17,168 nucleotides of DNA, taken from NCBI GenBank assembly GCA_049972095.1, contig JBMFKQ010000031.1, forward strand, positions 1 through 17,168, in the 5' to 3' direction. A program made the translations under genes and the position numbers. Positions within the stretch are counted from its first letter, which is position 1. Each line of letters begins with the position of its first letter. Source of the stretch: Elusimicrobiales bacterium. Its GTDB lineage: Bacteria; Elusimicrobiota; Elusimicrobia; Elusimicrobiales; UBA9959. Below the pieces are notes generated by a model that was not told the DNA's origin, made no database searches, and saw only the letters and a list, made by a program, of their open reading frames with translations. Below, one piece after another: positions 1 to 6,518 of this stretch.

Positions 1-311
1 TTCTCATTCTTATCTTTGAGCTCTGAAATCTCTTCTTCAAGTTTTTTAATCTCGCCTTTCCATGATGAAAGGATTTTTTCATTCTCAGCTTTAATCCGTG
101 TGTTTTCTTCGCTAAGTACTCTATTTTCATTTGATATTTTTCTATTCTCAGCAGCTAACTTCTCATTCTTATCTTTGAGCTCTGAAATCTCTTCTTCAAG
201 TTTTTTAATCTCGCCTTTCCATGATGAAAGGATTTTCTCATTCTCAGCTTTAATCCGTGTGTTTTCTTCGCTAAGTACTCTATTTTCATCTGATATTTTT
301 CTATTCTCAGC
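1..311. repeat. 159-bp in-frame tandem repeat (53-aa unit) inside the coiled-coil gene
   Basis: Positions 1-152 and 160-311 are identical apart from 2 substitutions; a degenerate partial copy continues to about 365. Unit: ENRKIS(D/N)ENRVLSEENTRIKAENEKILSSWKGEIKKLEEEISELKDKNEKLAA. Confidence 0.95.
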
Positions 312-1397
312 TAATATCTCTTCATTTTGATCTTTAAGATCAGAGATCTCTTTTTCAAGCTTTTCAAGAGTAGTTTTGTATCTGTAAACCTCCTGCATCA
401 TAGTGTTTTTTGCAAGGTTAGCTTCAGATATTACAAGATCCTTTTCTTTAAGCTCCTTTTCATATTCAAACCTAACCTTCTCTATTTCTTTTTGTCTTTC
501 AAAAATCTCCTTTTCCTTTATTGACGAAAGCTCAGATTTAAGTTTTGAAACATCAGAACTGAGAACCTCATTTTTTTCTTTTAGAAGAGCTATCTCCTTT
601 TCTTTCTCTCCAAGATCTTTAACCTTATCAAGAAGCACATTTTTTTCTCTCTCATAATCCCTTATAACAGCATTGAGCCTTTCTATTTCTCTTCTTAAAC
701 CTTCACACTCCGAGATATATCTTTTATACTCTAACTCAGTTGTCTTAAAAGACTCAAGCTGGGCTTTGAGGGCTCTAATCTCATCATCCTTTCTGTTGAT
801 CACCCTTTGCCACTCAGCTTTTTCATCAAGGAATCTTCTTTCAAACTCCTTAAATCTTAGTATAAAATGTTCCTCTGCATTTCTGTATGCTTTTTCTTTT
901 TCAGAAATCTGAAGCTTTATATTCTCAAGAAGATTTTCCCTTTCCTGCACAAGCCTTGTCTCAAGCTCTTTGACCTTTGCTTTAAGCTCATCCCTTTCTC
1001 TCTCAAGTCTTTTGAGCTCCTCTGTCCTTTTTATTCTCTCCTCCGCTTCTCTAACTGAGGATTCAAGCTTTGATGTCATTATCTGTTCTTCCTGGCTTTT
1101 AAGGGTTAGAGCAATAATCTTTTCTCTTTCTTCCTGAATAGATTTTTCAAGCTCAGATATTTTATTCAAAAGCTTTTCATTCTCATTTTTCAGCTTCTCA
1201 ATATCAGAGCTATCAGATGGTTTAGTTAGACCACTTGCAGGTAATAAAGGAGAGAGTGATAACCTTGGAGGAGGTGTTATAGGTGAGCTAAGCGGTGATG
1301 GCATTGGTTTTTGTAATGGCTGATTTTTAGAAAGAGGAGGTTTTCCTTGAGGATTTATAAAGGGTGGAAGAGGAGGTTTTTTGTTGATATCAGCCAT
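1..1397 (-). CDS. Long coiled-coil protein with Pro-rich N-terminus and 53-aa tandem repeats (3'-partial, runs off window start; absent from ORF track)
   Basis: ATG at 1397 reads MADINKKPPLPPFINPQGKPPLSKNQPLQKPMPSPLSSPITPPPRLSLSPLLP, then E/K/L-rich heptads (DIEKLKNENEKLLNKISELEKSIQEEREK...). The frame at 1397 matches the frame at 350 and at 1-60, and I saw no stop (>=465 codons). No signal peptide. The F/S/L-rich + strand ORFs here are its antisense shadows. Confidence 0.9.
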   Translation of the reverse strand, partial: MADINKKPPLPPFINPQGKPPLSKNQPLQKPMPSPLSSPITPPPRLSLSPLLPASGLTKPSDSSDIEKLKNENEKLLNKISELEKSIQEEREKIIALTLKSQEEQIMTSKLESSVREAEERIKRTEELKRLERERDELKAKVKELETRLVQERENLLENIKLQISEKEKAYRNAEEHFILRFKEFERRFLDEKAEWQRVINRKDDEIRALKAQLESFKTTELEYKRYISECEGLRREIERLNAVIRDYEREKNVLLDKVKDLGEKEKEIALLKEKNEVLSSDVSKLKSELSSIKEKEIFERQKEIEKVRFEYEKELKEKDLVISEANLAKNTMMQEVYRYKTTLEKLEKEISDLKDQNEEILAENRKISDENRVLSEENTRIKAENEKILSSWKGEIKKLEEEISELKDKNEKLAAENRKISNENRVLSEENTRIKAENEKILSSWKGEIKKLEEEISELKDKNE

Positions 1398-1444
1398 ATA
1401 TATAGATTTTAAAATAAAGCTATTTCATTAAAATTAAATAAATG

Positions 1445-3352
1445 TTACATTCCGAGCTGCCTTTTAAGCTCATCAAGCCACGAGGAAAATTGGGTATCAC
1501 CACTCAAATCAACATACCTCTGATATGCATTAACAGCATCCTGATATCTTTCAAGTGCATAATAAACAGAGCCAAGATATTGCCATGCTAAAGCATTGTT
1601 TGGATCCTGTTGAATGACATATCTAAGATATTCCTCTGCCTGATTATAGTTCTGTTGATTATAAAACTCAACTGCGGCATTCATATAGTCTTCAAGTTCA
1701 TTTGATGAGGATTGTTGTGATGTTTTTTGAAGTTTTTGGTCTCTATTTATAGAAGATACATCACTGGAGTCAAGAATATAAACAAGTCCTTGTTCATTCC
1801 TTCTGTAGCTTAAAATCTTTCCCTCAGCCTCAAGAGTTTTAACTGCATCAAGGATCTTCATCTGAGCCTCATCTGACTGCTGTGGTGTAACCTCACCCAT
1901 ATACTCCATAACCTCTTTTATACTTGCCTGAGCACCTTGAGACATATTTTTAAAAAACTTCTCAACTATGTCAACAGAGGCATTTTTAAGAGCCTTTGCA
2001 AGGTCCTCCTGCGAAACACTTCTTATAACAATCTGAATATCCTTATCAGTAAAATTGATGAGGTCTTCAAAAGAAAGCATCACAGCTTTTATCTTATCAT
2101 AGATATCAGGTTTCTGATTTTTAAGATATTCAAGAACATTCTTCCTTGTCTGTGCATCAGCCTCTTCAAGTATTCTCATCAGCTGCTCTACCCCTCCCAT
2201 TACAAACTCCACATTCTCCTTTATATCCTTATCTATTGCCTCAATCTGCTCTCTTGTTGCCTGTTTTACTTTAACTGATTCTATAGCAACCCTTGATTGA
2301 AGTTCAAGAGGCAGCATTGCAAATACCTGTTTTGCCAACTCAGGCTTAATATAACTTAAAACTACAGCTATTATCCATGGATCCTCTTTTCTTAATAGAA
2401 AAAGGTAAACAAGCCTTTTTATATTCTCCTCATTTATATATGTAAAAGGTTCAAACTTTTTCATCTCCTCCTCCTCAGGTGGCGGTTCTTCCTCTTTCTG
2501 TGTAAATCTCATATCTATCTCCTGATGAGATTGCTGTTTTTCTTCACCCTCACCCTTTCCTTTACCACCTCCCTCTTCTCTTTTTTCCTCTATATTGACC
2601 TCGGCACCAGGTTTAGCAAGAAGGGCCTTTATATATCTTCTCAGAAAAGACCACAAAGGGCCAAAAAGATAGAGTAAAAGCAAAAGAAAAAGAAGGGCGT
2701 AGAGAAGAGGAAGATAAACTGATGGTTTTTTAAGATCATCCCATATATCAGTTTTTTTAAATCTTGTAGGTTTAAATATAACAACAGGTGGGTCCTTACC
2801 ATTGACTTTATAAGGAAGAAGAAGATCGTCTATTCTCTGTCTGGCAATCATAAGAAGTTCTTGAGAAATAGTCTCATCATGAACAACAGTAAGCTGAAAT
2901 CTTGTTATCAGAGGCTCAACAGAAAACATAACCTCTTCAATAGCCTTTGACTGCTGTGTTTGAGCACCATGTGCAGCCTCAGGTCTTCTATTTTGATCTC
3001 CTAAAATTGCCTTTGGTTTAGGTATTCCAGGAAGTATAAAATCAGTATCTGCAAGGCTTTGCCCTGCTCCTTTCTCTTTATATTGCTGAAGAACCCCAAC
3101 ACCTTCTTTTGTCTGCTCCTGCCTTTTTGTAACCACTGAAAATATAACATCTGCAAAGGCATATGCTCTGTTTTTCCCAAGCACAGGATCAAGTATGTAA
3201 TCATTAACCTTCTTCTCAATCTCTCTTCTAAATTCATTCTGCTTTTCAAGAATCATGCTGTTTATATCAGCAAACTTTTGGGCAGTTTCTTGAGAAAAAG
3301 AAAATACAGATAAACTAACAAACCCCAGGCTTACTTTAACAAATGCCTTCAT
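1445..3352 (-). CDS. Non-flagellar FliG-domain membrane protein: signal peptide + FliF-RBM3-like periplasmic domain + TM helix + FliG middle/C-terminal domains + TPR
   Basis: aa ~299-514 align by eye with FliG-M/C (EPFTYI, EDPWIIAVVLSY, MGGVE linker, MLSFEDL, ALKNA, EKFFKNMS, EAQMKI..V..LEAEGKI). TM at aa ~212-237. TPR pair at aa ~552-630 (DPNNALAWQYLGSVYY). N-terminal signal peptide ends in FSFS/Q. The FliF resemblance of aa ~38-200 is less certain than the FliG match. Confidence 0.85.
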   Translation of the reverse strand: MKAFVKVSLGFVSLSVFSFSQETAQKFADINSMILEKQNEFRREIEKKVNDYILDPVLGKNRAYAFADVIFSVVTKRQEQTKEGVGVLQQYKEKGAGQSLADTDFILPGIPKPKAILGDQNRRPEAAHGAQTQQSKAIEEVMFSVEPLITRFQLTVVHDETISQELLMIARQRIDDLLLPYKVNGKDPPVVIFKPTRFKKTDIWDDLKKPSVYLPLLYALLFLLLLLYLFGPLWSFLRRYIKALLAKPGAEVNIEEKREEGGGKGKGEGEEKQQSHQEIDMRFTQKEEEPPPEEEEMKKFEPFTYINEENIKRLVYLFLLRKEDPWIIAVVLSYIKPELAKQVFAMLPLELQSRVAIESVKVKQATREQIEAIDKDIKENVEFVMGGVEQLMRILEEADAQTRKNVLEYLKNQKPDIYDKIKAVMLSFEDLINFTDKDIQIVIRSVSQEDLAKALKNASVDIVEKFFKNMSQGAQASIKEVMEYMGEVTPQQSDEAQMKILDAVKTLEAEGKILSYRRNEQGLVYILDSSDVSSINRDQKLQKTSQQSSSNELEDYMNAAVEFYNQQNYNQAEEYLRYVIQQDPNNALAWQYLGSVYYALERYQDAVNAYQRYVDLSGDTQFSSWLDELKRQLGM

Positions 3353-3409
3353 AATAAGATTTTACCTTATATAAATTTGCAAATTTGTTTCCTTATGATT
3401 ACATATTCA

Positions 3410-5011
3410 TTATTTAAATTTAATCTGATTAAGAAACTGTTTAACTATTTGATTGTTTGGATTTATCTCAAGGACTTTTTCCCATATTGCCTTTGCCTTT
3501 TCCTTCTGATCCATAAGAAAGAAGGCACTTCCCATAATCTCAAGAGCAGTCTCATTGTTGGGTTCAAGATCAAGTATATCATGAGCACGTCTGAGAGCAA
3601 CATCATACTTACCCTCATATATCGCTTGTCTTGCATCATAGATCTTCTGATCAACAAGTGTGAATATCTCCGGTCCCTCAGGCCTTCTTGTAAGCTCACT
3701 AACCCCAGCCTCTTTTTCAACCATATTGAGAAGCGAAAGCAGTTTTTCATCCTTTGGTCTTTTATTGTATGCATATCTAAGCACATTTACGGCAGCTCTG
3801 AGATCCTTACCATCGACATAAGCAATGATTCCCCTTCTTATGAGAGTCTCAACCTCATCAGTTCCAGTAGCATTTGGAACATATGTAACAGCTGCCTGAA
3901 GTCTGTCAAGCATCCTTCTTACCTCCTCATTCCCGGGATCAGCATCAAGCGCAACCTTAAGTCTTTCAACAGCCTTTGAGAATTGTCCAGCCTTAAAGTA
4001 ATTAAATGCCTGCCTTACAATTGCTCTTATCTCAGCTTCATGTATGGCTTTCTTAGATTCACCAAACCTCAGGCCCAGCGAAAACTTTGTTGTGTTACCA
4101 AGAGCATGTATGCCTTGAGCAACATCAAGGCTGAAGCTTTTAAACCTTATGCCTATTCCAAAGCTTGCCTCCTGAATTTGAGGATTTGCCATTATACCAA
4201 ACCTAAATGCCGCCCAATAAAGTGGCCAGTATTCACTACCAAATCTTATATTCTGACCACCGTTTTGAATCTTTGTAAGATCAAGATCAAATATAAGACT
4301 TCCCTTGAAAAGTGAAAATGACTGACCAAGTTTGAAAACCAGAGGAAAATCATCATCCGTATCACCGCTTTTCTTTGAAAAAATATTTTGAACACCAAAA
4401 GCCATTTTATAACTCCTTGAGACATTATAAAGCATCGCAAGATCTATTGTGTTAAATGAATCTTTTGATGTATCAACGCTTCGAGATATGTTTCTGATAG
4501 AAACTCCAAAAGAAAGTTTTTGTGAAATATTCCTCCCCCAGCTTATTCCCATCGCTTGCTCTTTAACGCTGAATGTGCCAAGGGTTTTAAGATCAACAAT
4601 CTCGTTTGTCTCAGGATCAACAGTTATGCTTACCTTTTCAAATCCTGATGAGTTCATTTGATTCATAAAAAAACCGAATATTCCTCTTGAAACCGTTGGA
4701 TGAACATAGCTTATGAAATTAATACTTGTCTGCCCAAACATCTGTGCCTGCATGAAAGAAAACTCTTTTCTTTCAAGAAGTGATAATGCAGCAGGATTCC
4801 AATATGTGGCTGTTGCATCATCACTGATAGCATAAAAAGCACCACCCATAGCAAGTGCCCTTGCCCCAACTCCATACGATAGAACCGCACCTGGCTGGCC
4901 ACCACTTTGAGAAAAAATTAATGAAAAAGGATAAAATAAAAAAACCGTTAGATACAAAACCTCTCTTCTGGCTTTATCTAACGGCAGTTTATATCTAAAT
5001 ATACTCTTCAT
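3410..5011 (-). CDS. PorV/PorQ (UPF0164/FadL-like) outer-membrane beta-barrel with C-terminal TPR domain
   Basis: Family N-terminal motif GARALAMGGAFYAISDDATATYWNPAAL; alternating beta-strands ending at KFSLGLRF (aa ~316); TPRs from aa ~325 (LEPNNETALEIMGSAFF, WEKVLEINPNN). Exact start is uncertain because the ATG lies in riboswitch stem P1. Confidence 0.85.
   Translation of the reverse strand: MKSIFRYKLPLDKARREVLYLTVFLFYPFSLIFSQSGGQPGAVLSYGVGARALAMGGAFYAISDDATATYWNPAALSLLERKEFSFMQAQMFGQTSINFISYVHPTVSRGIFGFFMNQMNSSGFEKVSITVDPETNEIVDLKTLGTFSVKEQAMGISWGRNISQKLSFGVSIRNISRSVDTSKDSFNTIDLAMLYNVSRSYKMAFGVQNIFSKKSGDTDDDFPLVFKLGQSFSLFKGSLIFDLDLTKIQNGGQNIRFGSEYWPLYWAAFRFGIMANPQIQEASFGIGIRFKSFSLDVAQGIHALGNTTKFSLGLRFGESKKAIHEAEIRAIVRQAFNYFKAGQFSKAVERLKVALDADPGNEEVRRMLDRLQAAVTYVPNATGTDEVETLIRRGIIAYVDGKDLRAAVNVLRYAYNKRPKDEKLLSLLNMVEKEAGVSELTRRPEGPEIFTLVDQKIYDARQAIYEGKYDVALRRAHDILDLEPNNETALEIMGSAFFLMDQKEKAKAIWEKVLEINPNNQIVKQFLNQIKFK
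4933..4984 (-). terminator. Intrinsic terminator, likely the riboswitch expression platform
   Basis: Minus strand: CCGTTAGATA-AAGCC-AGAAGAGA-GGTTT-TG-TATCTAACGG followed by TTTTTTTATTTT. Perfect 10-bp outer stem (4945-4954 / 4975-4984), about 25 nt downstream of the aptamer. Confidence 0.75.
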
Positions 5012-5099
5012 AGTTTCGGCAGCCTAACCCCCCAACCTACTTGTTGGGGTCTTAGCTTTGCGCCCCTCGGTTACCCGAGGTTTGCTATTATCGTACTAT
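5010..5099 (-). ncRNA. GEMM / c-di-GMP-I class riboswitch, A20 variant (possible c-AMP-GMP sensor)
   Basis: RNA: AUAGUACGAUAAUAGCAAACCUCGG-GUAA-CCGAGGGGCGCAAAGCUAAGACCCCAAC-AAGUAG-GUUGGGGGGUUAGGCUGCCGAAACUAU. It has the GCAAACC...GNRA...GCGCAAAGC...GCCGAA hallmarks, P2 CCUCGG/CCGAGG, P3 CCCCAAC/GUUGGGG and P1 AUAGU/ACUAU. It lies between a consensus promoter and the gene. Confidence 0.9.
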
Positions 5100-5149
5100 A
5101 TTCTCATTACAGCCTTATTACCAAAGCCTTACAAACTTGTTATATTTAT

Positions 5150-5177
5150 ATTATAGCAGATTTTTTTTATATGTCAA
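5150..5177 (-). promoter_or_regulatory. Sigma70-type promoter for the riboswitch leader
   Basis: TTGACA (5177-5172) - 16 nt - TATAAT (5155-5150), preceded by a TGn extended -10 (TGC). Predicted TSS near 5143, about 45 nt upstream of the aptamer. Confidence 0.85.
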
Positions 5178-5182
5178 GTCGA

Positions 5183-5198
5183 TATTGACATGTCAATA
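5183..5198. promoter_or_regulatory. Perfect 16-bp palindrome, candidate transcription-factor operator
   Basis: TATTGACATGTCAATA lies just upstream of the -35 box; a third half-site (ATGTCAA, 5171-5177) coincides with the -35 itself. Confidence 0.5.
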
Positions 5199-5261
5199 CT
5201 TATAGCCTCAAAGCTTAATTAAATAAAAACCCATTTTAGATAGCACAACAAAATAAAATTT

Positions 5262-5843
5262 TTACCTCTTTTCAAAATCCAGATATCTTGGAAGGATCTT
5301 GAAATTAACAGTGTAGCTGTATATTTTATCATCACAAGGAAACAGAAATTCAAGCGAAGTTTTTCTGCCTAAAAGTTTTCGTGGATGAATTCTTTCATCA
5401 AGCATAAAAAGATAGTTCCATACCCCCTTTTTTTTGTATGGTTTATCCACAGGGATTAGGGTTATCTCAACCTCATTATAAGGAGATACAACTGTAATGT
5501 TTGGAGCTTTTCCAGATATAATAGCGTTATCCTTTATTATAATTCTTCTTTTCTCTCCATATTCGTCTGTATACACAGCATCATTCCAGTTGATCTCAGA
5601 AAGATAGAGGCAGGTTGAATAAATTCTAACTTTTATCCCGCTTATCACATCATATTCAAATGAAGTCTTAACATGCCTGTCTTGAAAATAACCATCACTA
5701 AACTCAATCACTCCTCCATCCCTTAAAAGCTCAGGTTTTACAACACAGCACACATCAAATTTATTAAGCCATACATCTTTTTTAAAAGCAAGACAAGAAG
5801 AAAGGAGTATCACAAAAATTATAACTCCAACCTTTTTTATCAT
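5262..5843 (-). CDS. Hypothetical lipoprotein
   Basis: MIKKVGVIIFVILLSSC: basic N-terminus, hydrophobic core, lipobox LSSC. Starts 9 nt after the deoC stop. Confidence 0.75.
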   Translation of the reverse strand: MIKKVGVIIFVILLSSCLAFKKDVWLNKFDVCCVVKPELLRDGGVIEFSDGYFQDRHVKTSFEYDVISGIKVRIYSTCLYLSEINWNDAVYTDEYGEKRRIIIKDNAIISGKAPNITVVSPYNEVEITLIPVDKPYKKKGVWNYLFMLDERIHPRKLLGRKTSLEFLFPCDDKIYSYTVNFKILPRYLDFEKR

Positions 5844-5852
5844 TAACTTGGA

Positions 5853-6518
5853 TCAACCTTGAAAGCCCTCCATTATTGCAACACCACAGCTTGTTCCAAT
5901 CCTATCAGCCCCAGCTTCTATCATAGCAAGACAATCAGCAAAACCTCTAATCCCCCCTGCTGCTTTTATCTTTACCCTGTCAGATAGTGATGCCCTTAAA
6001 AGCTTAACATCATCAACCCTCGCACCTTGATGAGCAAAACCTGTAGATGTTTTAACAAAGTCTGCCCCGGCTTTTTCACATATCTCTGCTGCTTTTCTCT
6101 TCTCTTCATCTGTAAGATATGCTGTTTCTATTATAACCTTAAGTATTTTACCTTCACAGGCCTTTCTTACCATTTTTATATCCTCAAAAACAACATCATA
6201 AAAACCACTCTTAAATGCAGATATGTTCATAACCATATCAATCTCATCAGCACCACTTGCTATTGCCTCTCGTGTTTCAAGATATTTAGATATTGAAGGA
6301 ACACAGCCAAGAGGGAATCCAACGACACTACAAATTTTAACATTGGTTGAATGAAGCATCTTCTTTGCATAAGGCACAAAAAACAGATTAACACAAACTG
6401 AAAAAAATGAATATCTTTTTGCCTCCTCACAAAGTCTTTCTATATCGGAAAAACTGGCATCTGCTTTAAGAAGTGTGTGATCAATATAAGATGCAAGCCT
6501 TTCTTTTGTCATGTTCAT
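5853..6518 (-). CDS. deoC: Deoxyribose-phosphate aldolase
   Basis: IDHTLLK, VVGFPLG, GADEIDMV, LKVIIET, ADFVKTSTGF, IKAAGGIR, GADRIGTS. Start overlaps the tpiA stop (ATGA), with an SD-like AGGGGGAG upstream. Confidence 0.97.
   Translation of the reverse strand: MNMTKERLASYIDHTLLKADASFSDIERLCEEAKRYSFFSVCVNLFFVPYAKKMLHSTNVKICSVVGFPLGCVPSISKYLETREAIASGADEIDMVMNISAFKSGFYDVVFEDIKMVRKACEGKILKVIIETAYLTDEEKRKAAEICEKAGADFVKTSTGFAHQGARVDDVKLLRASLSDRVKIKAAGGIRGFADCLAMIEAGADRIGTSCGVAIMEGFQG

Noticed and set aside
1..311. Repeat as a CRISPR array or mobile element
   Set aside because: The period is 159 bp (a multiple of 3), in frame, with no unique spacers and no cas or transposase genes.
16..1058. Five short + strand ORFs rich in F/S/L
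   Set aside because: Antisense shadows of the E/K-rich coiled-coil gene on the minus strand.
1445..3352. Calling the gene canonical fliG or an MgtE N-terminal-domain protein
   Set aside because: It has a signal peptide, TM and TPR, and lacks FliG-N and key motifs, so it is not canonical fliG. It retains the FliG GG linker, MFxF-like hinge and C-terminal helices and has no CBS or MgtE membrane domain, so it is not MgtE.
1937..4905. Alternative-frame and antisense ORFs nested in the FliG-like and PorV-like genes (e.g. 3377..3979 +)
   Set aside because: They overlap well-supported genes and show no recognisable motifs or RBS.
5111..5131. Direct repeat AGCCTTA x2 in the leader before the aptamer
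   Set aside because: Only 7 bp and two copies; cannot be distinguished from chance.
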